From an uncultured Gammaproteobacteria bacterium (GTDB lineage Bacteria > Patescibacteriota > Patescibacteriia > Patescibacteriales > UBA12465), in assembly GCA_964588435.1 (NCBI GenBank), contig CAZPPI010000002.1, positions 3,542 through 67,541 on the forward strand: 64,000 nucleotides of DNA. Reading direction: 5' to 3'. A program made the translations under genes and the position numbers. This document shows positions 40,947-51,574 of this stretch, in pieces. The notes beneath the pieces are model-generated. The model made no database searches. It was given only the letters and a program-made list of their open reading frames with translations, and was not told the origin of the DNA. How positions within the stretch are numbered: the stretch's first letter is position 1; every line of letters begins with the position of its first letter.

Positions 40947-41882
40947 ATGTCTGAAATATTAAAAAGAACAAGAGAAATCTGCCGGTTACTTGAAATAAAA
41001 CCAGCCCGATCAAAGGGGCAAAATTTTTTAATTAATGAAAAAATTTATGATGAGATTGTAAAAGTTGCAGAAATTTCCGCGGATGATGTCGTTTTAGAAG
41101 TTGGTCCTGGTTTGGGTTTTTTAACAGCGAAATTGGCGGAAAAAGCTAGACAAGTAATCGCTGTTGAGCTTGATGATAAAATTGCTTCTTATTTGGAGAT
41201 GGCGATTGCTGCTCAGGATGTTGAAAATATTTTTATTGTTAATGAGGATGTTCTGCGTTTTAATTTGGGGGCTTTTTTTGAAAAAAATGGCTTTAAAAAG
41301 CAACAAAAATATAAAATCGTCGCTAATTTACCATATAACATTAGCTCAATTTTTTTAAGAACTTTTTTATCTTCTCAATTAAAACCGGAGTCAATTACTT
41401 TGATGTTACAGAAGGAAGTTGCTAATAGAATTATTGCTCAAGCGCCTGATAATAATTTATTAGCTCTTTCCGTTGCTTTTTATGGCGAAGCAAAAATTAT
41501 TCGTGAGGTTAAGGCGGGTAATTTTTGGCCAGAACCTAAAGTTGATAGCGCTGTGATTAAAATTAGTCTAAATAAAGATGATCACTGGCGTGATTTTTTA
41601 ATTGCTAATAAAATTATTAAATTCAGTAAGAAAAAAGATGATTTATTTTTAGAACGAGAAATTTTAGGTCTAGAAAGAAAGTTTTTTAGAATGTTAAAGG
41701 TTTCTTTTAGTGCAAAACGAAAAATGCTTAAAAATAACTTAGCCGCTGGACTAGAAATTAAGGCTTTAGAACTTGAAGAAAATTTACTTTCAATTGGGAT
41801 TGATTTAAAGACTAGAGCCGAAAATTTAAGCCTTGAAGATTTCAAAAAATTATTTGCGACTATTTATAAATTTATGATATAA
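40947..41882 (+). CDS. rsmA: 16S rRNA (adenine1518/1519-N6)-dimethyltransferase RsmA/KsgA
   Basis: KGQNFLINEKI...VLEVGPGLGFLT (SAM-binding motif I)...NLPYNISS. About 30 aa longer at the C-terminus than typical. Confidence 0.88.
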   Translation: MSEILKRTREICRLLEIKPARSKGQNFLINEKIYDEIVKVAEISADDVVLEVGPGLGFLTAKLAEKARQVIAVELDDKIASYLEMAIAAQDVENIFIVNEDVLRFNLGAFFEKNGFKKQQKYKIVANLPYNISSIFLRTFLSSQLKPESITLMLQKEVANRIIAQAPDNNLLALSVAFYGEAKIIREVKAGNFWPEPKVDSAVIKISLNKDDHWRDFLIANKIIKFSKKKDDLFLEREILGLERKFFRMLKVSFSAKRKMLKNNLAAGLEIKALELEENLLSIGIDLKTRAENLSLEDFKKLFATIYKFMI

Positions 41883-41899
41883 TAAGGGCATAGATTTTT

Positions 41900-41918
41900 A
41901 GTCTTTAAAGACTTTTTT
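41900..41918 (+). terminator. weak terminator-like hairpin between rsmA and the T4SS-like locus
   Basis: agtct-ttaa-agact hairpin followed by TTTTTT, immediately before ATG 41919. The stem is short. Confidence 0.3.
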
Positions 41919-42581
41919 ATGCTTGAAAATTATCACTTGTCGAGGGAAGACTCTTTAGAAAAAAAAGCTTCAAGAACGCGGAAACTAGTAATTTTTATTT
42001 TTACAGTTGTTGGCGTTTTTTTGTTATTAATAGGTTTTCGTCAGTTAAAAAATAATATCTATAATCCTTTTAGTTTTGCTAATCAGGAAACTAAAGATTT
42101 AAGTTCGGCTGAAGCTGAGGTTCTTTCTTCTTATATCTTGCAGACAACCGATACTGATGTTGATAATTTTTCTGATTATGATGAGTTGTATGTTTATGGG
42201 ACTTCACCTTTTTTGGCTGATACAGATTCCGATGGAATAAGTGATTATGATGAAATTCAGGGTGAAACTGATCCACTTTGTGCTAAAGGTCAAGATTGTT
42301 ATGGATTAAGAGACCCAAGTTTTGTTGTTGCTCCTGATTTATCAGGAAATACCGGAACTAATATTAACGAGACTTCAACAACTCAAGACGAAGACTTGGC
42401 TATTATCGAGGATATAATTAGTGGTCAAGCAGATCCGGCGTTTTTACGAAACCTGCTTTTAAATAATGGTTTTAATGAGGAAGAGTTAAATCAAATAAGT
42501 GATGAGGATTTACAAGCCGCTTATTTTGAGGTTGTTAGTGAACAACTTTCGGCGCAACAAGAAGAAATAAATAATCAATAA
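41919..42581 (+). CDS. secreted/membrane-anchored protein with thrombospondin type-3-like Ca-binding acidic repeats
   Basis: N-terminal TM, then DTDVDNFSDYDEL...DTDSDGISDYDEIQGETDP (DxDxDGxxDxxD-type repeats) and an acidic tail. Confidence 0.6.
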   Translation: MLENYHLSREDSLEKKASRTRKLVIFIFTVVGVFLLLIGFRQLKNNIYNPFSFANQETKDLSSAEAEVLSSYILQTTDTDVDNFSDYDELYVYGTSPFLADTDSDGISDYDEIQGETDPLCAKGQDCYGLRDPSFVVAPDLSGNTGTNINETSTTQDEDLAIIEDIISGQADPAFLRNLLLNNGFNEEELNQISDEDLQAAYFEVVSEQLSAQQEEINNQ

Positions 42582-42593
42582 TATAGAAATAAA

Positions 42594-45500
42594 ATGAAAA
42601 ACTTTTTATTTTTTTTGGAAGATAAAAAACATAAAAATCTTAAAAATTGTTATTGGCTTTTTTTGATTTTTATTTTCGCTTTTTCTTTTAGTTTTTTTCA
42701 GATTCAAGAAGTAAAGGCTCAGGCTGTTGTAACTGATCCCGGAGCCATGGCGCAAAGAACGGTTGAATCGGTCAAACAAACATTTTGGCAGAAATTAGGG
42801 ACGGCTCTGAAGAAAGCGGGGTCCATTGCTTTTAATAGAACTCTACAAAGCTCTTTAAATAAAATTGCTTATGATGCCGCTAATTATATTGGTGCTGGTG
42901 GTGATGGTCAAAAACCATTATTTCGGACTGAGGGGTTGGGTGATTATATGAAAAAGATTGGTGATGAAGCGGGCGGTCAATTTTTAGAAACTTTTGTCAG
43001 AAATCTTGATACCTCCAATGCAACCTCCACTCTTTCTTGTGAAAAGCGTCTAGAGAATTGTTTAACCGATTGTTATCGTCAGGCTAATGGTTACGATCCA
43101 GCTGATGCAGAAAGTCTTAAGTATTTTAGAGATGGTGTGGCGGCTGGTTATGTTGGCGCTGGAGGGCAAGATACAAAGGGCGAGGTTATTGTCGCTGGAC
43201 AAGCTTGTGTTAAACAATGTGAACTTGGAAATACGAGTTGTGTTAGTAATCCTAATAATAATAAGTTAGGCTCAGCTTCTGATGTTAATTCTTTTAATGT
43301 TTGTCAGCCCTCATCAATTGAGGTGAAATTAAAAATCAGTCTTGGTTTAGTTGAACAGAATCGCCCGACTGGTCCAAATTGTACCGCGACCACAATAATT
43401 AATAATTGGGGTGATGATATTGATAAAAAGTTGGCTTCAATTTCTGATGGAAGTTTTTTAAAAAACATTGATAATATTTTTGATCCACGAGCGAATGATT
43501 TAGGAATTTATTTTTTGGCACGAACAGATCTTTCCGCACAATCAAAAATAGAAGTGGATAAGGCTGTATTGGAGGATACAAAAACTGGCGGCTGGATTGA
43601 TGTTAGAAATATTGCCGGTGAATTAAAAGGAACACCCGATACTGCTAAAAACGCTGAAGCCGATGCTAGAGCTATTAGAATAGCAAATTTTGGAAAGACT
43701 ACTGGTGATATTTTTGTTGATGCAGCTAATTTATTTCTAAATCAACTTGCAATTAGTGCTTATAATAATTTGATGCGAAAATTGTCTGATAAAAAAGCTG
43801 ATGCAGGGCCAGCTTTAGCTGATCCTGGAGTTGATCCTAATTTTTCTAGTGTTTCGAGTATGCGAGAGAAAACTAGAGTTCTAATAGAGACAAATTTTGA
43901 GTCGAAAGCTGATTATAGTGTTTTATCTGAATTAGCAGCTTGTCCTAATCCTGGAAATCCTGGACCAAACAATTGTGTAATTGATGACAGGTTTATGCAA
44001 GCTATTGTTGAACAGAAGACTGTTGGTGAAGCGATTAAAGAGGGTTATTTGAACTCGAACTGGAAAGTAGAAAAAGATGTTTTTGCTTCTGCTTATAATA
44101 ATCATTATTCTTTACGTAATATTAAAATTTTAAGAAAATATCGAATCGTCCCTCTTGCTTGGGAGGTTGCGATTGAGAAAGCTTTTGAAGATGAGGAGAT
44201 ACCGGAAAATGTTACCCTTGGTGATTTAGTCGCTTGTTTTTCTGAGAATGATGAATTTGATAAATTTAGTACTAATTTTAAGAGCAGTGATATAAGTTGG
44301 TGCCAGGGTTTAGTTGATCCAAACTGGGTTTTGAAAGCCCCACTTAATTATTGTGGTCAATCTGGCAGTGGTTCCCATATTCTTAATATGACGATGATTC
44401 CTAGTCTTTCTAGTAGTGAACAATTAATTATTACTCGTGCAGATGATTATTGTGCTGATAATCAAAGTTGTATTAAGGAAAGTAAAGAAGGTGCTTGTGA
44501 TCTTTATGGTTATTGTACTGAGGACCGAAGAACTTGGAATTTTGAAAGTGACTCTTGCTCTCCGATAAATAATACTTGTCAAAGTTTTATTAATACAAGT
44601 AATCAAGCAACCGCATCTTATTTAGAAAATACTCTTGATTATGGCGATTGTAACGCTGATTCGGCTGGTTGTCGTCGCTATTCTTTATTTGGTAAATATA
44701 ATGAAAATGGCTCTGTCTCTTGGAATCTTTTTAACAATTTATTCTTTAATAAAAATTTAGTTTCCTGTAATTCTGAAAATGAAGGTTGCTCTGAATTGAT
44801 GCGGATTAAGCCGACTTGGGGATTTAATTTTGTGACCGATTCTGCTTTTAATTTTTTTGGTCTTAATCAGGAACCGGCCGGATCTAAGCTCGGACCATGG
44901 GGAGTATTAGCTGGGGCTAACGCTCAGATTATTAATACTAACGAAGAAGCACCTGATTTTACCGGCAACTCAAAAGCTATTAAAATTTCTGGATCTAATG
45001 GGGCAGGGTTTGAATCAAGCTCTGAAGTTTTTCCTGAAAATTTACAAATTTTAATTAATCAAGATTATACTCTAAGTGCTGATATTTTCTTATTTAGTGG
45101 TGACAGAGTCCAAATGTTTTTAAATCCTGGCGATAAACAAGTGTCAACGGTTGTTAATCAGAGTGGTTATTGGCAAAGAGTTAGTTTAACAATTAATACT
45201 GATTCTGGTTTCTATGAGCCTAAATTTTCCTTTGTTGGTTATGGGTCTTCGGTTAGTTTTTATGTTAAAAATATTAAATTTGAATTAAGTGGTGTCGAGA
45301 CAACTTATAATAATTATGGTAGCTATATTAGTAGGGCAGGAAGCTTGTTATCAGCTCGATTTAGTCAAAAATTATTACCGGCTTATTTACATGAGACTTG
45401 TTATGTTGATTCTGTTTCAGCTTCAAAGGATTATACTTTAAAAAGTGATGCTCCAGCTATTTGTTCTAATTATGCTAGACAATGTAATCAGGATGAGGTT

Positions 45501-48500
45501 GGTTGTGAACTATTTATTAATAGTTATGATAATTTTTCAACTCCAGCTCAAGTAAATAGTTCTGACTATTGTGCTGGTGAATGTGTTGGTTACGACGTTT
45601 ATATTGCTAAAGAAAATTATTTTAATCCAACAGAAGCTCAGAATTTAATTCCTAATTCAACTACTAAATGTGCTCAGTCTGCCGTTGGTTGTAACGAATT
45701 TACTAATTTAGATGCAGTTGCTAAGGGTGGCGAGGGAAAAGAATATTATTCTGAATTAAAGCAATGTATCAAGCCAAATTCTGGGCAATGTGCTAATTTT
45801 TATACCTGGGAGAGCTCTGCTGGTGGTTATCAAATTAAAACTTATAGTTTACAAAAAGACAATAATAATAATCCTTTAATCAACTATGGCGATCAAGCTT
45901 CAGGTGACTGTAGCGATATCTTTGGTCTACCGCTTAGCGATCCTCGTTATAATCCTGATTGTAGAGAATTTAGAAACACTTCCGGCCAGGTTTCCTATCG
46001 TTTAATTTCAAGAGTCATAACTTGTTCAGATAATTGTTTCAGTTATCGTTTAAATAGCAATAATATTCATCCGACCGCTAAAACCCAGGCTGAATGTAAT
46101 AGTAGCAGTGATGAAACTTATTGGAATAGTTCAAATTCTACTTGTCTTACTTGTTTAAATGGCGGTAAGTGGGATACAAATCAAAATGCTTGTGTTTATC
46201 AAGCGATCCCTGGGGAAGGAAAATCTTGCCAAGCCTCTCAAGTCGGCTGTCGGGAGTATAATGGTAATCGTGGTAATGATGTTCGTTTAATTGCCAATTA
46301 TGATTTTGAAAATGGTCTTAGTGGTTGGTATTCAAACTGTACTGATGGAGTTGACTGGAGCCCAGTTGCTAATAATCAACAAGGAAGTTCACTATTCTAT
46401 AATTCTTCCGCTAGTTCCTGTGAATCGTCTGGTGGTGAAAAGGTTGCTAAGATAAAGCTTGGTTTAGAAATTAAAGCTGGAAGAGCTTATAGTTTGAAAT
46501 TTTTAGCTCGTTCTGCTGAAGCTAATATTTTAGAAATTTATTTTGAGAGTGTTGACGGCGATAGATATTTCTTTAATTTATCGGCGGTGGCTGAAAGAGA
46601 TGGCGCAGTATCAATTAAGGGTGGAAATGAATGGGCTATTTATCAAGTTAATTTAGAAAATGTGACTGAAACCCTAGGTTTTGATGGCACTTTAAATATT
46701 TCTGCTAGTCATGATTTTTATATTGATGATTTGCTTTTAACTGAGATTAGTAATCGTTATTATTTTATTAAAGATTCAATTAAAATTCCTGATGTTTGTT
46801 ATTATGATAATTCAGGAAAATATCAAGGCGCTGATTATAATCTAGGCTGCTCTCAATATAAAGACAAAGATAATTATATTCATAATTTACATAATTTTAC
46901 CAAGCTTTGTCCTAGCTCTTCGATTGGTTGTGAACAAATGATTACAACTAATAATTATACTTCGCCCCAGGCTATGTCTTGGAATGTGAATAATTTAGGA
47001 CAATCTTGCGACCCTGGCGATGAAGGGTGTTTAACAGTTGAAAGAGATAAGATAATATATGTGGTCTATGATAAATCAAAATCTTGTCTTGCTAATGACA
47101 TCGGTTGTAGCCGAATGGGGGAGGGTCTTGGTTCTGGTTATGATATTAGTTGGTCTGATGTTTTTAAATTGAATAACCCTAATAATTACAATCAAACTTT
47201 ATGTGCTGAGGGAGATTTAGGTTGTGAGGAATATCGAGATATTAATAGTGGTGGTCTAAGTTACTTTAGAAATCCAGCAAATAATTTATGTGTTTATCGT
47301 TCCAGTAGTAATCCTGAGATTTCTGGTAAGGCTTGGTATAAAGTTCCAGTAAAAAGATGTGATTTAAATAGTAATGGCTCGATTGAAGGACTTGAAGTTG
47401 GGGGGACAATTTGTTCTAAAGATGAAGATTGCGTTTCAGGAACTTGCGTTGTTGATAACAATGATTATACTTGTTCAGTTTCCTATTTAAAAACTATTGG
47501 TTATGGTGGTTTAGGGGCGGCAATCCCTGTACCTGATAAATCGGTGGCTTTGTGTGATGCCGCCGCCGCTGGTTGTACAGAATATATTGATCCAGTTAGT
47601 AAATTTAATCCTAATTTAGTAAAAAATCCCGAATATAATGATGGTGGCAAGGGTTGGGGTGAAGATATTTGGCCTCAAGTTAATGGTAATCCAATAGGTA
47701 AAACTGAACAGGTCATTAGTTTAGAGAGAAATAAACTTTATGGTTTTAGAGCGACGGATAAGAGTGGGGGTGTTGTTGACGGAGGAGTTAGCCTTAAATT
47801 TATTGGTGATGTTAGAATTTTAGGCGAGGAGACTATCGATACGATAAAAAAATTAGGAACTAGTAATAATTTTGGCGATGTAACTAAATTATTAACTATT
47901 AATGCCAATTATCCTTATATTATTTTTAATTCTTTGAGTAATTATTCAGCTCTCTTATCGGGCGGGGACGCAAGTTATATTATTGAATTAAAAGAATTAG
48001 CAATTGACTATAATATTAGAGGGGATGTTGATGGTAGTAGTTGTAATGGTTTAGTAAATTTTGATACTGGTTGTATTTTATTTAATGAACGCTCAATTGC
48101 TGGGGCAGCTGGTTTGGAATTAAATAAATTTAATGCCTTGGCGGGTGATGGTGTGCCAGTCATTAGTTATAGCCCCTATAATGCCAATAAACTATTAAAA
48201 GTAAGACCTGATAGAACTTGTGCTTCTTGGCTTTCTTGTACTTCCTATGCTTTAAATAGTGATGGTTCAAAATCTTGTAGCTCAGTTGCTGAATGTAATC
48301 TATTAGATGATAAAAATGAGTGCCTTAATTTTATTGTCAGACCAGAAGCTGAAAGCATTGTTTTTGATGCAGAAAAAAATCGTAATGCGACCGGTTACGC
48401 TTTGGCGGGAAATTATTATTTTAACAACATTAAGGAAGTTGGTCTTAATACTAGTGTTCGTTATGACTTTGAAGAAAATATTCCTCCTTTGAGCTGTGTA

Positions 48501-50942
48501 CGGGCCAATAGTGCTGGAGAGCCCTTGATTAATGACACCGGCTTTTGTTCCTTTGATGAAAACATAATTAAAGACAGCTTGATTCGTGAACCGGGACTAA
48601 TTAGCTATCCGGCTAAAGGAAAAACTTATTTAAAAGTTTCTCCTCTTCAAGCAATTTCTCCTCATGCAGGAGGCTCATATGTTGTTTTGCCAGAAGCGGG
48701 AGAATATTATTTAAGTTATTTACTTAATACTCAGAATTCTAATACTTCAGCTAAAGTATCAATTGAAAACGTTTCTAATAGAAATATTATGCATGACATG
48801 GGAGTAGAAGAACAAGCCCCTAATGGTTGGGAGAGAAAAATTCATAAAATAACAACAGTTAAGGATAATGTTAAAATTAGAATTTATTTAAGTTTAGTGG
48901 AAACGGGTAGTTCGGGGCCAGTTTATTTTGATGATATAAATATTGAAACAGTTTTAAGGGTGGCTGAGAATGATTATCGTGCTCGTGATTGTCGACTTTA
49001 TCCGAACTCTTCTAGTTTTGGTTGTCAGGAAGTTGAAAATTCGGTGGTTAGAAATGGGGTTGAGGGTTATTGTCTTGAATATGATTTAGCTAATTCAAGT
49101 GTTTGTCAACTCTGGATGCCAATTGATAGAATTGCCTCGTCTAAAATAAATAGTAATCAGCTTGGTTATAATGGTAAATACCCTCTTAGTTATTGTGCTT
49201 TGGCTAACAGTAATTTTCTTTATCTTGAAAAAAGAGAAGCGGCTGTAGTTAAAGAAGAAAGTATTAGAAGAAATAGTGATGATTATTTAGATGTTCGTGT
49301 TTGTTATTATCCGGGAACAGCTCTTAATTATTGTCAGTCAATGTTTTATGCTAGTAGTTCGATTGAAATAATGCCAACTTCAACTCCTTTAGGACAACCA
49401 ATTAGTACTTCTGGCGAATATAACGTTACCATTACCTATGATAATAACAATCCTGATAGTGAGCCAATTATTACTGTTGGTGGTCAACAAGATTTAACTC
49501 AAGAAGAGCAAGAAGAATTACCAGAAAATCTTGTTATTGTTGGTGGAAAAGTTAAAGATTTAGGGAATATTCCGGTGGTTTCTGAATATTGTGGTGATTC
49601 AGGAAATTATTTCTTAATGGTCACCCAAGATTTGAAACAAGAAAACGGGTTATTTAAACGAGATGATGTGGCCATCACCTACCTTTGTTTACCAATTAAT
49701 AATTATAATTATTATACTCCTGATAGAACCTTTAGATACGTAGCGACAAAATCAGAACCGATAACAACTTTTAGTGGTGTGCAGAAAGTTTATCCAATTA
49801 CTGATGGTTGGTATTTAGCTGATGGTTTTCATAACGCTGCGGGGATAGCCCCAGAAAATAAAAGAGGGGGTAGTCCTGGTGGTTTTGATGAACTTTATAA
49901 TGCTGATCCACCTCTTCGAGTTTTGGATTTAAATTATTCAATACCAGCTGGAGAAGATGATTTAAAAAAGATTTCAAGTAGTGATCCTGATGAAGTTTTT
50001 CGTTTAACTTGTGATAAATTTGTTGAAGCCGTTTCTGGTTCCGGGGATAATATGGCTTGGACTAGCAGAGTTGCGCTTGGTTCAAATTATATAGTTACTT
50101 CAACAAATCCGATTATACGATACAATGGTTATATTAGACAGATTGGCGACATTCCTTTCGGAGCAGCTTCTTGGCCCGATGATTTTAATTTGGCAAAAAG
50201 TGAGAGGGTTCCTTTATATAATCAATACTCAGCTAAAAATAAAGAAGATGTTTTTGCTGGACGTCCTTATGGTTGTAACGCTAAAGATGCTCAGGGGGTC
50301 GCTAACTGTTCTAGTATTGGCTATTGCAGCGCTAATCCCGACGTTTATTGTTTAGTTGATAATACCGGACTATTTAATGCCAATACTTATGATATCACTC
50401 GTCATTCTTGTGGTACTTGGGGAACCTGTAAACCTCTATGGACCATTCCTACAGGAGCCTATCAATCTAGCGTGCTAATATCTTATCTTAAAGATTACCC
50501 TAGCGCCCTTAGTCAATTATTTATCCAAGCTCCAGTTGCTTATGAGTTTAAAGATGATGCTGGGGGTTATGTTAGTGCTACTGGATATTATAATTCTAAT
50601 ATGGCTGGGTCTAATCCTGGAGTTTCAAACCTTAAACTTTATAAAGCTGATACGAGCATTGAATTTAATGCTGATTCTGGAATTAGAGCTGGTAATTACC
50701 GCTTGGAATTTAATTCAAATATTGACTCTGATCATCAACCACTGAAAGAAATATTTATTGATTGGGGGGATGGATTTAAGCAGGTTATTATTGGTGAGGA
50801 TTCAAAGAGTAGCTCATCTGAAGCTAGACATATTTTCTACCATTTCTATCCTGATAACAGAGCGTTAGATAGCACAATTATCAGGGTTAGAGTTTATGAT
50901 AATTGGAAGAAAGGATCAACTGATGCGATTTTAACAAGATAA
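42594..50942 (+). CDS. giant (2782 aa) secreted Cys-rich surface protein with CBM4/9-like jelly-roll modules
   Basis: Signal peptide ending VKAQA. Uninterrupted 8.3 kb ORF with more than 100 Cys. At least three modules with the N-x-[DE]-F-E-x-G-x-x-G-W carbohydrate-binding signature: around nt 44815-45290 (IKISGSNGAGFESS...), 46295-46750 (NYDFENGLSGW...FYIDDLLLTEI) and 47620-48010 (NPEYNDGGKGWGEDIW...). Confidence 0.85.
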   Translation: MKNFLFFLEDKKHKNLKNCYWLFLIFIFAFSFSFFQIQEVKAQAVVTDPGAMAQRTVESVKQTFWQKLGTALKKAGSIAFNRTLQSSLNKIAYDAANYIGAGGDGQKPLFRTEGLGDYMKKIGDEAGGQFLETFVRNLDTSNATSTLSCEKRLENCLTDCYRQANGYDPADAESLKYFRDGVAAGYVGAGGQDTKGEVIVAGQACVKQCELGNTSCVSNPNNNKLGSASDVNSFNVCQPSSIEVKLKISLGLVEQNRPTGPNCTATTIINNWGDDIDKKLASISDGSFLKNIDNIFDPRANDLGIYFLARTDLSAQSKIEVDKAVLEDTKTGGWIDVRNIAGELKGTPDTAKNAEADARAIRIANFGKTTGDIFVDAANLFLNQLAISAYNNLMRKLSDKKADAGPALADPGVDPNFSSVSSMREKTRVLIETNFESKADYSVLSELAACPNPGNPGPNNCVIDDRFMQAIVEQKTVGEAIKEGYLNSNWKVEKDVFASAYNNHYSLRNIKILRKYRIVPLAWEVAIEKAFEDEEIPENVTLGDLVACFSENDEFDKFSTNFKSSDISWCQGLVDPNWVLKAPLNYCGQSGSGSHILNMTMIPSLSSSEQLIITRADDYCADNQSCIKESKEGACDLYGYCTEDRRTWNFESDSCSPINNTCQSFINTSNQATASYLENTLDYGDCNADSAGCRRYSLFGKYNENGSVSWNLFNNLFFNKNLVSCNSENEGCSELMRIKPTWGFNFVTDSAFNFFGLNQEPAGSKLGPWGVLAGANAQIINTNEEAPDFTGNSKAIKISGSNGAGFESSSEVFPENLQILINQDYTLSADIFLFSGDRVQMFLNPGDKQVSTVVNQSGYWQRVSLTINTDSGFYEPKFSFVGYGSSVSFYVKNIKFELSGVETTYNNYGSYISRAGSLLSARFSQKLLPAYLHETCYVDSVSASKDYTLKSDAPAICSNYARQCNQDEVGCELFINSYDNFSTPAQVNSSDYCAGECVGYDVYIAKENYFNPTEAQNLIPNSTTKCAQSAVGCNEFTNLDAVAKGGEGKEYYSELKQCIKPNSGQCANFYTWESSAGGYQIKTYSLQKDNNNNPLINYGDQASGDCSDIFGLPLSDPRYNPDCREFRNTSGQVSYRLISRVITCSDNCFSYRLNSNNIHPTAKTQAECNSSSDETYWNSSNSTCLTCLNGGKWDTNQNACVYQAIPGEGKSCQASQVGCREYNGNRGNDVRLIANYDFENGLSGWYSNCTDGVDWSPVANNQQGSSLFYNSSASSCESSGGEKVAKIKLGLEIKAGRAYSLKFLARSAEANILEIYFESVDGDRYFFNLSAVAERDGAVSIKGGNEWAIYQVNLENVTETLGFDGTLNISASHDFYIDDLLLTEISNRYYFIKDSIKIPDVCYYDNSGKYQGADYNLGCSQYKDKDNYIHNLHNFTKLCPSSSIGCEQMITTNNYTSPQAMSWNVNNLGQSCDPGDEGCLTVERDKIIYVVYDKSKSCLANDIGCSRMGEGLGSGYDISWSDVFKLNNPNNYNQTLCAEGDLGCEEYRDINSGGLSYFRNPANNLCVYRSSSNPEISGKAWYKVPVKRCDLNSNGSIEGLEVGGTICSKDEDCVSGTCVVDNNDYTCSVSYLKTIGYGGLGAAIPVPDKSVALCDAAAAGCTEYIDPVSKFNPNLVKNPEYNDGGKGWGEDIWPQVNGNPIGKTEQVISLERNKLYGFRATDKSGGVVDGGVSLKFIGDVRILGEETIDTIKKLGTSNNFGDVTKLLTINANYPYIIFNSLSNYSALLSGGDASYIIELKELAIDYNIRGDVDGSSCNGLVNFDTGCILFNERSIAGAAGLELNKFNALAGDGVPVISYSPYNANKLLKVRPDRTCASWLSCTSYALNSDGSKSCSSVAECNLLDDKNECLNFIVRPEAESIVFDAEKNRNATGYALAGNYYFNNIKEVGLNTSVRYDFEENIPPLSCVRANSAGEPLINDTGFCSFDENIIKDSLIREPGLISYPAKGKTYLKVSPLQAISPHAGGSYVVLPEAGEYYLSYLLNTQNSNTSAKVSIENVSNRNIMHDMGVEEQAPNGWERKIHKITTVKDNVKIRIYLSLVETGSSGPVYFDDINIETVLRVAENDYRARDCRLYPNSSSFGCQEVENSVVRNGVEGYCLEYDLANSSVCQLWMPIDRIASSKINSNQLGYNGKYPLSYCALANSNFLYLEKREAAVVKEESIRRNSDDYLDVRVCYYPGTALNYCQSMFYASSSIEIMPTSTPLGQPISTSGEYNVTITYDNNNPDSEPIITVGGQQDLTQEEQEELPENLVIVGGKVKDLGNIPVVSEYCGDSGNYFLMVTQDLKQENGLFKRDDVAITYLCLPINNYNYYTPDRTFRYVATKSEPITTFSGVQKVYPITDGWYLADGFHNAAGIAPENKRGGSPGGFDELYNADPPLRVLDLNYSIPAGEDDLKKISSSDPDEVFRLTCDKFVEAVSGSGDNMAWTSRVALGSNYIVTSTNPIIRYNGYIRQIGDIPFGAASWPDDFNLAKSERVPLYNQYSAKNKEDVFAGRPYGCNAKDAQGVANCSSIGYCSANPDVYCLVDNTGLFNANTYDITRHSCGTWGTCKPLWTIPTGAYQSSVLISYLKDYPSALSQLFIQAPVAYEFKDDAGGYVSATGYYNSNMAGSNPGVSNLKLYKADTSIEFNADSGIRAGNYRLEFNSNIDSDHQPLKEIFIDWGDGFKQVIIGEDSKSSSSEARHIFYHFYPDNRALDSTIIRVRVYDNWKKGSTDAILTR

Positions 50943-51006
50943 TTATTTTACTGTTAAGAAGAAAAAAAATAAGGTATAATTTAGAGAGAATTAAGTTTAG
51001 TTGCTT

Positions 51007-51543
51007 ATGCACGTTGATGATAATTTATTAGAAAGGACTAGTGATGAGGATGAGGATGAAGATTTTTCTTTTGATGGTGAGTCTTATGACCAAGGTGAAG
51101 AAGAGAGTCAAATAGGGAATCAGGGTCGAGCAAGAGATGATGTTGACGACAGTGCCCCCCAGTCTTTAAGAGAGGCGAGAATAATAGAGAAAGCTAAACT
51201 TGATAGTCAAAGTAAAAAAGAGGAGTTAAAAAAAACAGCAAAAGCAGAGGCGTCTTCAAAACTTTTAACTATATGCTTTTCCCTTAAAACTCTAGGTGCT
51301 TCCTGGGGACTATCAGCTCTTTATGGAAATGTTCATCTTTTTTTAAAGTATACAGTTAATAATAAATTAAGGGGATTAAGTTTAAGAGAGTCAATGATAT
51401 TGTTGTTGTGTGATGTAATTATAATTTTATTAATTATTATCCAGGTTGCTCTTATTGCTTTAATTGTTGGCTTTATTAAAAATCCTCTTGAAGCTATTAA
51501 AAGTATATTAGAAAGCGTGTTCCCGAATTGGAAAAATATTTAA
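51007..51543 (+). CDS. small protein with acidic N-terminus and C-terminal hydrophobic hairpin (possible T4SS membrane component)
   Basis: DEDEDEDF-rich N-terminal half. Two C-terminal hydrophobic segments (LLTICFSLKTLGASWGLSALYG and MILLLCDVIIILLIIIQVALIALIVGFI). Immediately upstream of the VirB6-like gene. The ORF track starts at TTG 51001. Confidence 0.45.
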   Translation: MHVDDNLLERTSDEDEDEDFSFDGESYDQGEEESQIGNQGRARDDVDDSAPQSLREARIIEKAKLDSQSKKEELKKTAKAEASSKLLTICFSLKTLGASWGLSALYGNVHLFLKYTVNNKLRGLSLRESMILLLCDVIIILLIIIQVALIALIVGFIKNPLEAIKSILESVFPNWKNI

Positions 51544-51574
51544 TTGGTTTTATTAAAAAATAAGTTGCAAAAAA

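Noticed and set aside
41121-41845. Short ORFs (61-87 aa, both strands) inside rsmA.
   Set aside because: Shadow ORFs within a conserved methyltransferase gene.
43087-50745. Several 60-76-aa ORFs (both strands) inside the giant gene.
   Set aside because: All are embedded in the single long, signal-peptide-initiated ORF. They have AT-rich out-of-frame translations and are spurious.
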